DNA of 55,330 bases from Candidatus Levyibacteriota bacterium (GCA_041906785.1 JAYRIM010000012.1:1-55330); one strand, 5' to 3'. Shown: positions 1 through 9,609, numbered from the stretch's first letter. The notes: generated by a model not told the origin, from the sequence alone. Program-made: numbers and translations.

Positions 1-240
1 ACTATGCTAATAGCCAATGATGTTCCGGAGGTTTTGGGGCGAGTAAATGAGCATGAAAATCGAAGCAAAATTTTGGTACGTACAGAAAGTAAAGAAGAGG
101 CAGACAGATTATTCTATGGCCTCTCAAGCGGAGGAGAAGTAGAAGGATCTATAGGAGACAGTCCGTGGGGCACATATGCGGGTATGTTTCGAGATAAATA
201 CGGTATAGAGTGGATAATTGAATTTTCTCCTACTAAATGA
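1..240 (+). CDS. VOC-fold / PhnB-like protein (glyoxalase-bleomycin resistance superfamily), C-terminal fragment; 5' end lies outside the window
   Basis: The ORF is open to the window edge. The C-terminal 'SPWGTYAGMFRDKYGIEWIIEF' parallels 'APWGDTFGMLTDKFGVRWMVN' of the paralog at 2924-3346, a typical PhnB-like C-terminus. Confidence 0.6.
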   Translation, partial: TMLIANDVPEVLGRVNEHENRSKILVRTESKEEADRLFYGLSSGGEVEGSIGDSPWGTYAGMFRDKYGIEWIIEFSPTK

Positions 241-333
241 AATAGTCTTTCAAACATTGTTCCAATTGTAATCAATAGATTTATACAATTAATAGTTTCG
301 CAATTCATCTACAGGTGCAGCCAATTGAAATAT

Positions 334-603
334 TCATTTATTGGGGCGTTTTCCGTAGCGAAACCAACCAAGTAGTATTACCGTTCCAAGAATAACTCCT
401 AAAACATTCGGAATCACGATCGGCAGACTTTTTAATTCAAATCCATAGAGAATCCATATGGATGATCCCACTACCATGATTAGATATGATAACGGAGCAA
501 TATCTTTAGCACTTTTTGTCCGGAAAATTTTAATTGCCTGAGGAAGACTTCCTAATCCTAAAAAAACGCCTGTTATTGTCGCTAAACCTGCAAGTATTGT
601 CAT
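334..603 (-). CDS. SemiSWEET / PQ-loop family sugar transporter (3-TM, 89 aa)
   Basis: 89 aa with three hydrophobic helices and an 'LPQ..KIFRTKS..DISPLSY'-type PQ-loop motif (GSLPQAIKIFRTKSAKDIAPLSY). Confidence 0.7.
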   Translation of the reverse strand: MTILAGLATITGVFLGLGSLPQAIKIFRTKSAKDIAPLSYLIMVVGSSIWILYGFELKSLPIVIPNVLGVILGTVILLGWFRYGKRPNK

Positions 604-723
604 AAATTCAGTTTATCATTTATAACAAGCTATTTAAAATGCAGCAAGAATTTCCAGTTAATCAAGTAGCTAGGAAATAAATTCTCCTCTATTCCATCAA
701 GCAATGCAGAATGTACCAGTATT

Positions 724-1485
724 CTATCGATAACTTTTTATAAATCTCCTTGCTCGTTTTTGTAATTCTTCATATGAACTATCAACTTTTGGATTGCCTA
801 AAGACATTAAGCTTCCTATTGTCGTAGCGTTGGTAGCAATTGGAAATCTAACTTCTGGTCTTTGTCGTGTACGGAGATAATAACCATGTCCAGCTCTCTC
901 TATCATTCGCAACCTTTCTCTATTGGAGTAACGCCCTAAGACATATAAATCGAGACTATGCTCTGGTATTTCTGACGCACCATTAATAACTGAACTGAAA
1001 GATGTCCGCAATCGATGAAAGTTCCCTTCTGTTGACAGGCATGAGATTCCCCGTGCTGATGTCAGCATTAAAGAAGGAAAGTAGACAACAAGTTCTATTG
1101 GTCCAACAGCATGAGTAAATGCCGTAAATGAATTATCGTTATCAAATTCTGCAGGGACAAGATCAATAGAAACATCACCCTTTGATAGATTTATTCGATT
1201 TTGTAATCTCGGATTAATAATATCCCCTTTTCTAAATCCGAGAGTACCTGTATAAAAATCGACCAGAGAATTCAAACCATTTTCTGCAACGTACACATCA
1301 ATATCATGGATCGGACGATAATCCTGCCCTACATTTAATGCATATGCGAAAGAGCCTTGTATCGCATATGGAACACCTAGCTCTCTAGCATTATTAGCGA
1401 ACTGTTTTCCTATTTCTAGAATATGTCTGTTGGCAGAAGAAAATTCACGTTCAGGCTGATGCATTGTGAGATATTCTTTCTTCAT
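724..1485 (-). CDS. Putative Pol-beta-superfamily nucleotidyltransferase-fold protein (ANT/Lnu-like architecture)
   Basis: A G-S-x(n)-D-x-D signature 'QGSFAYALNVGQDYRPIHDIDVYV' plus a later acidic residue in 'VSIDLV'. Its start lies 3 nt downstream of the stop of the upstream glycosyltransferase on the same strand. Confidence 0.4.
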   Translation of the reverse strand: MKKEYLTMHQPEREFSSANRHILEIGKQFANNARELGVPYAIQGSFAYALNVGQDYRPIHDIDVYVAENGLNSLVDFYTGTLGFRKGDIINPRLQNRINLSKGDVSIDLVPAEFDNDNSFTAFTHAVGPIELVVYFPSLMLTSARGISCLSTEGNFHRLRTSFSSVINGASEIPEHSLDLYVLGRYSNRERLRMIERAGHGYYLRTRQRPEVRFPIATNATTIGSLMSLGNPKVDSSYEELQKRARRFIKSYR

Positions 1486-1488
1486 AGG

Positions 1489-2739
1489 TTAATGGATAAA
1501 TTGGCGGATAGCATCCCAAAACTCTCTTTCTGCTCTAGCCTGAGTAAATTGTTCACCCCATGCGAGAGCACGATCCTGCATATAATGCAAAATTTGTGGA
1601 TTATGCAGACAATTACGAATATGGAGCGCTGTATCCGAAGAACCATTTAACGGAGCACCTATTAATGTGGAAGATTCGGTTATAAGTTGGGCTGCCGCTT
1701 CAGCTTGTTTTGCCGACATTAACGCCATACCGCCTCGAGCAGCTTCTTTTAATACATTTGATGAGCCTTCAAACAGTGACGTAAGCAATTGTATATCGTA
1801 GGTATTATATAATTCGTATAGTTCTTTATACGTTTGTGAACCGATATATTCAATTACAACTCGCTCACTTTTGCCATATTTTGCGTCTATAGCATCAATT
1901 CGCTCAGAAACTCTCGACAGCTCAGCCTGTTCAGATGCTGAATCTGCAGGACCAGCAATTGTAAATTTAACCCGTCTAAATGGGCCATCTGATGGTAAAT
2001 TGTCTTTAGAGGCAAGTAGTTGTCCATAGGCATCTGCAACCCAAAGAAAATTTTTAACTCTGTTTATTCTTCCAACTGAGAGAACACCCAACTGATCATC
2101 CTCTAGAAATTTTCGTCTCGTTTCCATATAGTTAGGACTCATACGCAGATCTGCGTCCATCTCAAAGCCTACCTGATCTTGAACAACTGCTATTCTATCG
2201 GGATGAACGCCCACGTTTACTAATGAGGCTTTTGTCGCATTAGAGAATGCGATATTCCCCGCACTTTTCTTTCCAACAAAGGACCATAAACCCGTAACCG
2301 CATGATCAAGAAGCGGATCAATTATCTTTCTTGGGCCTGAATCAGGGGCAGCTCTCGAGAGTGTATCAGTAATAACATGCCTCCATACAACAACAGTTTT
2401 TGCCCGCATATCTGGTTCCATCAACCCAAAAAGTTGTGCTCCATAGGCATAAGGATGATTTAAAACAATTGCGTCAGGATTTTTTTCTCGTATATCATGA
2501 ATAGTTTGTATTAACTGATCTGGGCGAATAATATTTAGCTTTAAATCCAACACATGAATAAACGGAGGTGTTACATGACCTTCTACCGATAGCTCTTCTG
2601 GTATAGGAAAGGGAGAATAGACAGTCCAGTATGTATCAGGCTGACCAAACCCAAGCACTTTTCTAGTGTTTATTTCAGCTCCGCCTTTATGCGCTAGATT
2701 ATTATCAGCAATCATGACTACTTCGTGTTTAGAACTCAT
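1489..2739 (-). CDS. GT-B fold glycosyltransferase (GT4/GT1-like)
   Basis: C-terminal E-x7-E-like motif 'LFEGSSNVLKEAARGG' and a Rossmann-like N-terminus 'VVMIADNNLAHKGGAE'. The ORF extends to 2781. The ATG at 2739 (MSSKHEVVMIAD) is chosen as the start, which is uncertain. Confidence 0.6.
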   Translation of the reverse strand: MSSKHEVVMIADNNLAHKGGAEINTRKVLGFGQPDTYWTVYSPFPIPEELSVEGHVTPPFIHVLDLKLNIIRPDQLIQTIHDIREKNPDAIVLNHPYAYGAQLFGLMEPDMRAKTVVVWRHVITDTLSRAAPDSGPRKIIDPLLDHAVTGLWSFVGKKSAGNIAFSNATKASLVNVGVHPDRIAVVQDQVGFEMDADLRMSPNYMETRRKFLEDDQLGVLSVGRINRVKNFLWVADAYGQLLASKDNLPSDGPFRRVKFTIAGPADSASEQAELSRVSERIDAIDAKYGKSERVVIEYIGSQTYKELYELYNTYDIQLLTSLFEGSSNVLKEAARGGMALMSAKQAEAAAQLITESSTLIGAPLNGSSDTALHIRNCLHNPQILHYMQDRALAWGEQFTQARAEREFWDAIRQFIH

Positions 2740-2923
2740 AAGATAAACGCTTATTATACTATAAGATAGATATCGAGGCAAGGCTGTGGGGTTTTACGTA
2801 TGTTTGTACTATTGTTTTAGAGATTGCCTCTTCCGTTTTATTGGTATATTATGTTCATGTCAATTTGGTTACTGTCGTAATAAATTTACATTGAAAATCA
2901 TTCTGAAAGGGGGTGAAGAGAAG

Positions 2924-3346
2924 ATGAATTCACTACTTAATCCATATATTAGTTTTAGAGATAATGCTCGAGGAGCTATGGAATTTTATAAAACTGTTTT
3001 TGGTGGAAAACTAACAATGAACACCTTTAAAGAATTCCATGCATCACAAAATCCTGCAGAAGAGAACAAAATCATGCATGCTATGTTAGAAGCAGATAAT
3101 GGTATTTTGTTTATGGCTGCTGATACTCCTAACAGCATGGAATTTAATCCTGCAAGTAATATTAGCATGTCGCTCAGCGGAGACAATGAATCAGAACTGA
3201 GAGGATATTGGGATAAACTTGTAAAAGAGGGAACAATAATTATGCCGCTTGAAAAAGCACCATGGGGTGACACATTCGGTATGCTTACAGACAAGTTTGG
3301 TGTTCGCTGGATGGTAAATATCACAGGCCAAAAGGCACAAGCTTAA
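2924..3346 (+). CDS. VOC-fold PhnB-like protein
   Basis: 'NPYISFRDNARGAMEFYKTVFGG' and 'APWGDTFGMLTDKFGVRWMVN' are typical of PhnB-like members of the glyoxalase/bleomycin-resistance superfamily. The ATG at 2924 is preceded by GGGGGTGAAGAGAAG, a Shine-Dalgarno-like sequence. Confidence 0.7.
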   Translation: MNSLLNPYISFRDNARGAMEFYKTVFGGKLTMNTFKEFHASQNPAEENKIMHAMLEADNGILFMAADTPNSMEFNPASNISMSLSGDNESELRGYWDKLVKEGTIIMPLEKAPWGDTFGMLTDKFGVRWMVNITGQKAQA

Positions 3347-3456
3347 ACTTGTTCATTCCATTCTAGAAAATCCCTGCTGTAACAAGCGAGGTTTTTTATA
3401 TTCTCAATAAATTATATATTGAAATTTTTATACCCTATTGTTAGAATGGGAAAATC

Positions 3457-3858
3457 ATGAAAATGAATCCTGTTGTTCACTTCGAAATGCCTGCAAAAGA
3501 TAAAAAACGTGTCGCAGATTTTTATACAAAAGTCTTCGGATGGAATATGCAGCAACTCGGAGCTGAAATGGGAAATTACATACTCGCCACAACAACCCCA
3601 GTTGATGAAAAGACGCAACGACCAACAGAACCAGGGGCTATTAATGGAGGGTTTTTTGATTGGAAAGATGATGAATTAAATCGTGTTCCCCATCTCGTCA
3701 TCTCTGTTGAGGATATTCAAGCAAGTACGAAAGCAGTGCAAGAATCAGGGGGAGAAATTCTTGGAGAACAAATGAATATCCCTGGTATTGGTCTGTATGT
3801 TTCATTCCGTGATTCTGAAGGAAACATCGTCGGCATGCTCCAACCAACAATGCAGTAA
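3457..3858 (+). CDS. VOC family (glyoxalase/bleomycin resistance/dioxygenase fold) protein
   Basis: 'VVHFEMPAKDKKRVADFYTKVFGWNM' and 'GIGLYVSFRDSEGNIVGMLQ' fit the canonical beta-alpha-beta-beta-beta VOC module pattern. Confidence 0.7.
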   Translation: MKMNPVVHFEMPAKDKKRVADFYTKVFGWNMQQLGAEMGNYILATTTPVDEKTQRPTEPGAINGGFFDWKDDELNRVPHLVISVEDIQASTKAVQESGGEILGEQMNIPGIGLYVSFRDSEGNIVGMLQPTMQ

Positions 3859-3875
3859 TTACACTTCTTTTATTC

Positions 3876-4253
3876 ATGAATACAATCGGTTATTTCGAAA
3901 TCCAAGCAGATCAACCCCAAAGAGCAGTAGCTTTTTATTCTGAAATTTTTGGCTGGAACTGTACGAAGGATGAACATATTCCTATTGAATATTGGAGAAT
4001 TCAAACGAGTGGTATAAACGGCGCTATTTTACAACGGCCTGCGAAAACTCCACCATCAGAACATGGAACAAATGCTTATGTGAATTCTATACAAGTGGAG
4101 AATTTTGATAAAACAGCACAAGCGATTTTAGAAAAAGGCGGACGTGAAGCATTACCTAAGTTCGCAATTCCGGGGAAATGTTGGCAAGGATATTTTCTCG
4201 ATACTGAAGGAAACACATTTGGAATATTTGAGGTTGATGAAAAAGCTGCCTAA
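3876..4253 (+). CDS. VOC family protein (paralog of 3457-3858)
   Basis: 'IGYFEIQADQPQRAVAFYSEIFGWN' and 'GYFLDTEGNTFGIFE' match the pattern of the adjacent gene. Confidence 0.7.
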   Translation: MNTIGYFEIQADQPQRAVAFYSEIFGWNCTKDEHIPIEYWRIQTSGINGAILQRPAKTPPSEHGTNAYVNSIQVENFDKTAQAILEKGGREALPKFAIPGKCWQGYFLDTEGNTFGIFEVDEKAA

Positions 4254-4254
4254 A

Positions 4255-4764
4255 CTATTTTCCCTCGTAGGCTTTTTCTAAATCTGCAACGATGAGTTTA
4301 TGCATTTCTAACATTGCATTTACTACTCTATGTGATTTTTCTTTATCCGGATCTCCTATTAACTCACCCAATCGTCTCGGGATGATTTGCCATGATAATC
4401 CAAATTTATCTTTGCACCAGCCACATTGTTCAGACTCGGGAACTGCTGAAAGTTTTCCCCAAAAGTAGTCGACTTCAGCTTGATCCTTGCAATCTACCAA
4501 TAAGGAAATAGATTCGTTAAATTTGAATAGTGGACCTCCATCAAGAGCCTGGAATTTTTGTCCGGCTAGTTCAAATTCTACAGTCAGAACTTTACCCTGC
4601 ATTTGTTCTGCCCCAGGAGTTTCAATGCCCTTTTCGTATCGTTGAATAAAGTTTATTTTAGAGCTTTTATCGCTATATGGAGCACCGTTAAACGTATCTA
4701 CGTAGTAGTTCACCGCTTCTTCACAATTCATATCAAACCATAAAAAGGGAGTAATTTTTTGCAT
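4255..4764 (-). CDS. VOC-fold protein, PhnB-like family (the family often annotated as '3-demethylubiquinone-9 3-methyltransferase domain')
   Basis: 'ITPFLWFDMNCEEAVNYYVDTFNG' and 'CGWCKDKFGLSWQIIP' are hallmark strings of this family. The ATG at 4764 is preferred over the TTG at 4773. Confidence 0.7.
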   Translation of the reverse strand: MQKITPFLWFDMNCEEAVNYYVDTFNGAPYSDKSSKINFIQRYEKGIETPGAEQMQGKVLTVEFELAGQKFQALDGGPLFKFNESISLLVDCKDQAEVDYFWGKLSAVPESEQCGWCKDKFGLSWQIIPRRLGELIGDPDKEKSHRVVNAMLEMHKLIVADLEKAYEGK

Positions 4765-4801
4765 GAATATCAAATGATATTAAGTGTTAAAGTGACAAAT
4801 G

Positions 4802-5668
4802 TCAACCTCTGCTCTTTCTAAGAATAAGGTCTAGTAATTTATGATCAGGTTTTAAAATCCCAGGTCCGCCAGAATGATCCCAAATAATATGTCTTCCCTT
4901 CTTCTTTTTAAGATAAGTTAAATATGCTAAGTAACTTCCAACACAAAGTTCAAATACCACCATCAAGCCGACATAATAAGTCATGATAGGAGCAGTAGCT
5001 ATAGTAATCTCATTTGAAGAAATGATGAACGTAAGTATTGTAACGACAATACTTCCAGTAAAGAACTGATAGACTGCTGTCCCGTTTGCTATATTAGAAA
5101 AAGCAACAAAAAACCCTGTGATACTTCCAGCCATTAGCAATACTTGCCAGTTGGTTGTGCCATTAGGAACTTGAAGCGACACATCTAATACTGCAAGAAT
5201 GAGAAAGACTAATATCCATCCGGAGAAAATAAGGATATGACTGATTGGTCCATGGAATAAACGGGTGGCGATATATTGTGTTTTATATGATCGGGTATCC
5301 CGGAGTTCCGGAAGTGTAAAATCTTCAAGCATAATTGTCGTAATGTATATTCCATTTCCGTAGAAGGTGACCCATATAATGATTAGATACAAAAGCATCT
5401 CACAATACAATTGTAGGGAATACTGTATACCTGGCCTTTGTAAAATTAAAAAAAGAAAAAATGAGAAATATAAAGCTACTGATAGATTTAAAACTAAATT
5501 GATTGCAGTTAACTTTATAATTCTCCTACTTGTATGCTTTCTCTGAGCTAACGGTTTTTTAGTCATTTTTTCTCTTAAGAAAATGTACAATGGCCCACCG
5601 ATAACAAAAGCAATCGTAAAAAGTAAAAGTAGGGTTTCTTCTAATGCCATTCCTACATTATTACTCAT
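4802..5668 (-). CDS. Polytopic membrane protein of unknown function
   Basis: At least seven hydrophobic helices and no recognisable motif. The start is ambiguous (5704, 5668 or 5650). Confidence 0.4.
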   Translation of the reverse strand: MSNNVGMALEETLLLLFTIAFVIGGPLYIFLREKMTKKPLAQRKHTSRRIIKLTAINLVLNLSVALYFSFFLFLILQRPGIQYSLQLYCEMLLYLIIIWVTFYGNGIYITTIMLEDFTLPELRDTRSYKTQYIATRLFHGPISHILIFSGWILVFLILAVLDVSLQVPNGTTNWQVLLMAGSITGFFVAFSNIANGTAVYQFFTGSIVVTILTFIISSNEITIATAPIMTYYVGLMVVFELCVGSYLAYLTYLKKKKGRHIIWDHSGGPGILKPDHKLLDLILRKSRG

Positions 5669-5722
5669 TTTGGTATATTTACACAACGAATAAGGATGAT
5701 ACAATACAGCTAGTACAAGGGT

Positions 5723-6028
5723 ATGACGAAAAATCCGCTGCTTAATGCCTTAGCCGCTAGCCTTTATATTATCTTAGTCGCATCAATAATGTTTTATGGG
5801 CCTAGAAATTCAGGTGCTGAAGATTCAATCATTGCCCCAATTGCCATTATTTCTCTCTTCACCCTTTCTGCAGCTGTTATGGGATATCTATTCATCTACC
5901 AGCCCCTGCTTCTACTTCTTGAGAATAAAAAGAAAGAAGCTGTACAGTTGTTTTTAAAAACAGTTTTCGTCTTTGCCGGCCTTACCCTAATCGCACTCGC
6001 ATTATTATTCTTCAGAATTCTAGGATAA
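5723..6028 (+). CDS. Small 3-TM membrane protein of unknown function
   Basis: 101 aa with three hydrophobic segments. It sits immediately upstream of the NUDIX gene on the same strand. Confidence 0.4.
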   Translation: MTKNPLLNALAASLYIILVASIMFYGPRNSGAEDSIIAPIAIISLFTLSAAVMGYLFIYQPLLLLLENKKKEAVQLFLKTVFVFAGLTLIALALLFFRILG

Positions 6029-6034
6029 ATAATT

Positions 6035-6487
6035 ATGAGAATAATACATAGAAATATCGTTGGTGGTTTTCTTTTTTCACGCGATAATAAACTTCTATTG
6101 GGACGTAGTCGAACAGGAGGTGTTTATAAAGGTTGTTGGATTGTACCTGGTGGAGGAATTAATAAGGGAGAGACAGAAACGGAAGCATTAAAAAGAGAGA
6201 TATTTGAGGAAACAGGCGTTGATAGCTCAATTGCAAAGGTAGAACAAATTGAAGGTGCTTTAAGCGGTGAAAGTGAAAAGGTTTTACGTGAAACACAAGA
6301 GCGTGTGCTGGTAAAAATGAATTTTTTAAACTTTAAGGTTTCTTTTCCTCTAGACTCAGATGACATACATACAAAAAGTGGTGATGATTTTCAGGATGCG
6401 CGATGGTTTACTCTAACTGAATTGCAAAATATACAGTTATCACCCCCGACTGTACTTACATTAAAAAAGTTGGGTTATTTAAAATGA
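6035..6487 (+). CDS. NUDIX hydrolase
   Basis: Nudix box GX5EX7REUXEEXGU is present as 'GGGINKGETETEALKREIFEETGV'. Confidence 0.85.
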   Translation: MRIIHRNIVGGFLFSRDNKLLLGRSRTGGVYKGCWIVPGGGINKGETETEALKREIFEETGVDSSIAKVEQIEGALSGESEKVLRETQERVLVKMNFLNFKVSFPLDSDDIHTKSGDDFQDARWFTLTELQNIQLSPPTVLTLKKLGYLK

Positions 6488-7083
6488 GAAGAATTGTTGT
6501 TTTTAACCTAATATCAGTTGATGGATTCTTCGCTAGAGAAAATGGCGATATTGATTGGCATCAAGTCGACGACGAATTCAATCAGTTTGCAATCGAACAA
6601 ACGGATTCATTTGGTGGCATTATCTTCGGCCGGACAACATATCAACTCTTCGAATCATTTTGGCCTCAAGCATTGAAAGATCCGAATACTTCAAACGATG
6701 ACCGAAAAGTGGCGCAGATTATCGATGATATCTGGAAACTTGTTTTCTCGAAAACACTGAAAGAAGTTACTTGGAAGAATTCCAAGCTATACCATGAAAT
6801 CGATCCGAAAGAAGTAAACAAATGGAAACAATATGACGGCCCGCCTTCTCCGCCAGCTGGCGGATTCGGTGAGGTAAAAAAGGATCTAGCCATCTTCGGC
6901 AGCGGAACTATTGTCCAACAATTTTCAGACTTAGGGTTGATAGACGAATACCGCCTGATGGTCAATCCAGTAGTGTTAGGCAAAGGAAAAACAATGTTTA
7001 AAAAACCAATGAATTTGAAATTAACAAATACTAGAATCTTCAAAAATGGGAATGTCCTCCTCTATTATCAACCTATAAAATAA
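6484..7083 (+). CDS. Dihydrofolate-reductase-family protein (RibD C-terminal domain type)
   Basis: 'RIVVFNLISVDGFFA', 'FGRTTYQLFESFWP', 'IFGSGTIVQQFSDLGLIDEYRLMVNPVVLGKG' and 'VLLYY' fit the RibD_C/YwjB-like pattern. An ATGA overlap links it to the NUDIX gene. Confidence 0.75.
   Translation: MRRIVVFNLISVDGFFARENGDIDWHQVDDEFNQFAIEQTDSFGGIIFGRTTYQLFESFWPQALKDPNTSNDDRKVAQIIDDIWKLVFSKTLKEVTWKNSKLYHEIDPKEVNKWKQYDGPPSPPAGGFGEVKKDLAIFGSGTIVQQFSDLGLIDEYRLMVNPVVLGKGKTMFKKPMNLKLTNTRIFKNGNVLLYYQPIK
6843..6870. repeat. G+C-rich palindrome inserted in frame within the DHFR-family gene
   Basis: A perfect 16-bp palindrome tccgccag|ctggcgga lies at 6849-6864. It is flanked by a 3x3 mismatch and then gcc/ggt. 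It encodes 'PPSPPAGGFGE' in an otherwise AT-rich gene. Confidence 0.6.
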
Positions 7084-7123
7084 ATTCATACACACTTCTT
7101 TCAGAAAACCAAATGGAATAATA

Positions 7124-7151
7124 TTGCAATTTTATTTTTCTTCGCTATACT
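7124..7151 (+). promoter_or_regulatory. Candidate sigma-70 promoter for the VOC gene at 7158, possibly giving a leaderless mRNA
   Basis: TTGCAA (7124-7129), a 16-nt spacer, then TATACT (7146-7151). The ATG at 7158 lies 7 nt after the -10 element. Confidence 0.3.
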
Positions 7152-7157
7152 AAACGT

Positions 7158-7526
7158 ATGTCAAAATTGAATCTTAATTCCATTATGATCGGAACCATGC
7201 AGCCAAAAGAGCTTGCTGCATTTTATGAAAAAGTTTTTCAGAAAAAACCAGACATGGCTGAAGGTAATTGGTCTGGTTGGCAAGTAGGAGACTGTTTTTT
7301 TAATATAGGTGAACATTCTGAAGTGAAAGGAAAAGCGAAGGAGCCTCAAAGATTAATTCTTAACTTTGCAATAAAAGAAGTAAAAGAAGAGTTTGAAAGG
7401 ATTAAAGCCCTCGGTGCCACTGTGATAAAAGAACCATATGAAATGCAAGGTATGTGGATTGCCACATTTGCCGATCCTGATGGAAATTATTTTCAGCTCA
7501 TGACTCCTTGGGAGAATAACCTCTAA
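7158..7526 (+). CDS. VOC family protein
   Basis: 'SIMIGTMQPKELAAFYEKVF' and 'ATFADPDGNYFQLM' fit the VOC module pattern. Confidence 0.65.
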   Translation: MSKLNLNSIMIGTMQPKELAAFYEKVFQKKPDMAEGNWSGWQVGDCFFNIGEHSEVKGKAKEPQRLILNFAIKEVKEEFERIKALGATVIKEPYEMQGMWIATFADPDGNYFQLMTPWENNL

Positions 7527-7559
7527 GCAATCTTTAGAACTTCTGCTATAATCTCATCA

Positions 7560-8504
7560 ATGAAAAGTCTAGTTCTAATAGTTCTGATTATAATTTTATC
7601 TGGTATCTTCTATTATTTTAGCACTGAACATATTACTTCATTAGAACCGCCAATTATAAAAGGAGTATCAGGGAAATATGGAGCATCACTTCCTCTTGAG
7701 GGCACTGCATATCCCCACTCTAAAGTTCTTATTTATATAAATGGACAGTATACAGACGATGCGCCCGTAGATGACCGAGGGTCTTTCTCCAAAACGCTTC
7801 TTTTTACTACAAACGGTAAAAAAAGCATTAAAACAAGACAGACATATAAAAATGTAATGAGTGATTATAGTGAAGAGTATAAAATAGAGACAGATGTGAC
7901 TCCACCTGATGATAAAGACTTTACATTAACAACTAAATTTCCTGAAAGTGATACGAAAGGTAGTATTCTTATAAAAGGTACAGGTAGTCCGAACGATTTT
8001 CTTATTATTGATGACCAAAAGTTTCAAATATCTGATGACGGGACATTCGAGCTTACGTATTATCTCTCAGAAGGAGAAAATGATTTAGGATTTGCTATGG
8101 AAGATGCATATGGGAACAGAACAAATATTTTAGAACGGCATGCAATGTATGTGGATTCCACGCCACCTGTTATTTCAAATTATTTTCACCCAACGAATAA
8201 AGGAGCTACACAGGAGTCTGTCGTAATCAATATCGGACAATGGCAAGGCTATTTAGATTCAGTAAACTCAGTTGCTATTACTGGCTCTATACAAGGAAAA
8301 GTAAAAAGCATAACGGTTGATGGAAAAAATATTAGTTGGGATGAAAACAATGCAATATATGAACGAGTGAATCTCTTTATTTATGGAGGTATAAATAAAT
8401 ATAAAGTTGTTGTCGAGGATATGGCGGGAAATCTGGCAACAAGCTATGTCGAAACAACAGCAGAAAGAGATACTGATGAATTGAATGTGAATCTCAATGA
8501 TTAA
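7560..8504 (+). CDS. Membrane-anchored extracytoplasmic protein with probable Ig-like beta-sandwich repeats
   Basis: An N-terminal TM helix (LVLIVLIIILSGIFYYF) is followed by beta-rich repeats: 'PLEGTAYPHSKVLIYINGQ', 'VTPPDDKDFTL', 'STPPVISN'. Confidence 0.4.
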   Translation: MKSLVLIVLIIILSGIFYYFSTEHITSLEPPIIKGVSGKYGASLPLEGTAYPHSKVLIYINGQYTDDAPVDDRGSFSKTLLFTTNGKKSIKTRQTYKNVMSDYSEEYKIETDVTPPDDKDFTLTTKFPESDTKGSILIKGTGSPNDFLIIDDQKFQISDDGTFELTYYLSEGENDLGFAMEDAYGNRTNILERHAMYVDSTPPVISNYFHPTNKGATQESVVINIGQWQGYLDSVNSVAITGSIQGKVKSITVDGKNISWDENNAIYERVNLFIYGGINKYKVVVEDMAGNLATSYVETTAERDTDELNVNLND

Positions 8505-8520
8505 TATATTGAGAATAAGA

Positions 8521-9609
8521 TTACCCTAAGTAATCTCGAAGTTTATTGCCACGTGAAGGATGACGTAGCTTTCGCAGCGCTTTCGCTTCAATTTGACGAA
8601 TACGTTCACGAGTGACAGCGAACATGCGCCCGACTTCTTCAAGAGTCTTTGGTCTTCCATCTTTTAAGCCGAAACGCTCTTCAAGTACTCTTCTCTCACG
8701 ATCAGACAATGTCTGCAGTACTTGATCAACTTGCTCTTTTAGCAATTCTTTTGAAGCTGTATCAAATAATGTTGGAGCTGCTGCATCATGAATAAAATCT
8801 CCAAGTTTACTGTCTTCCTCATCTCCCACTGGAGATTCCAGAGAAGCCGGATTTTGAGATATTTTAATAATCTCAAGCGCTTTTTCTGGTTCTATACCAA
8901 GAACTTTCGCTACCTCCTCTGGAGTTGGCTCACGCCCTAGTTCCTGCATGAGTTTTCTAGACGTTCGAAGGAAACGATTGATATTCTCGACCATATGAAC
9001 AGGAATACGAATTGTTCTCGCTTGATCTGCTATAGCTCGGGTTACTGATTGACGAATCCACCAGGTAGCATAGGTAGAAAACTTAAACCCTCTTCTCCAA
9101 TCATATTTTTCTACTGCACGAATAAGTCCTTGATTTCCTTCTTGGATAAGATCAAGAAGCGTTAATCCACGACCGATGTATTTTTTTGCGATAGAGACCA
9201 CTAAGCGCAGATTCGAATTGATCAATTTTTGTTTCGCCTGTTTGTCACCTTTTTCAACTTTTTTTGCTAACTCTATTTCCTGATCAAATGAAAGAAGTGG
9301 GATACGACCAATCTCTTTTAAATACATGCGTACTGGATCTGAAACAGTCCCTTCCGCAAGAACAGTTAATGCTTCAAGCTCTTTCTCAAGATCCTCTATT
9401 GATTTCTGATCATCTCGTTCCTGAGCAACAGATTCAAAAACATCAATATTTGATTTGATAAGCTTATCATATAACGAATCGAGCTCTTCAATATGATCTT
9501 CTGGACGCGAAAAAATACCAAGAATTTCTTCTTGGGTGATATATCCGCGTTTTTTCGCAGTTATGACAATATCACTTAAAATTGCAGGGAGTTTAGTTTT
9601 GGCGCTCAT
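8521..9609 (-). CDS. rpoD: RNA polymerase primary sigma factor (sigma-70 family, RpoD)
   Basis: Region 2 '[44 protein letters not shown]', region 3 'IRIPVHMVE', and region 4.2 '[29 protein letters not shown]'. Confidence 0.95.
   Translation of the reverse strand: MSAKTKLPAILSDIVITAKKRGYITQEEILGIFSRPEDHIEELDSLYDKLIKSNIDVFESVAQERDDQKSIEDLEKELEALTVLAEGTVSDPVRMYLKEIGRIPLLSFDQEIELAKKVEKGDKQAKQKLINSNLRLVVSIAKKYIGRGLTLLDLIQEGNQGLIRAVEKYDWRRGFKFSTYATWWIRQSVTRAIADQARTIRIPVHMVENINRFLRTSRKLMQELGREPTPEEVAKVLGIEPEKALEIIKISQNPASLESPVGDEEDSKLGDFIHDAAAPTLFDTASKELLKEQVDQVLQTLSDRERRVLEERFGLKDGRPKTLEEVGRMFAVTRERIRQIEAKALRKLRHPSRGNKLRDYLG

Noticed and set aside
6666-7043. Antisense or alternate-frame ORFs listed in the track. 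Examples: 114-308, 2986-3324, 3412-3618, 6124-6366, 6666-7043, 10481-10852, 12433-12693, 21900-22218, 25969-26265, 30391-30747, 34551-34841, 35220-35651, 49365-49983.
   Set aside because: Each lies entirely within a longer ORF that has clear family motifs. The translations are low-complexity and lack motifs, as expected of shadow ORFs in AT-rich DNA.
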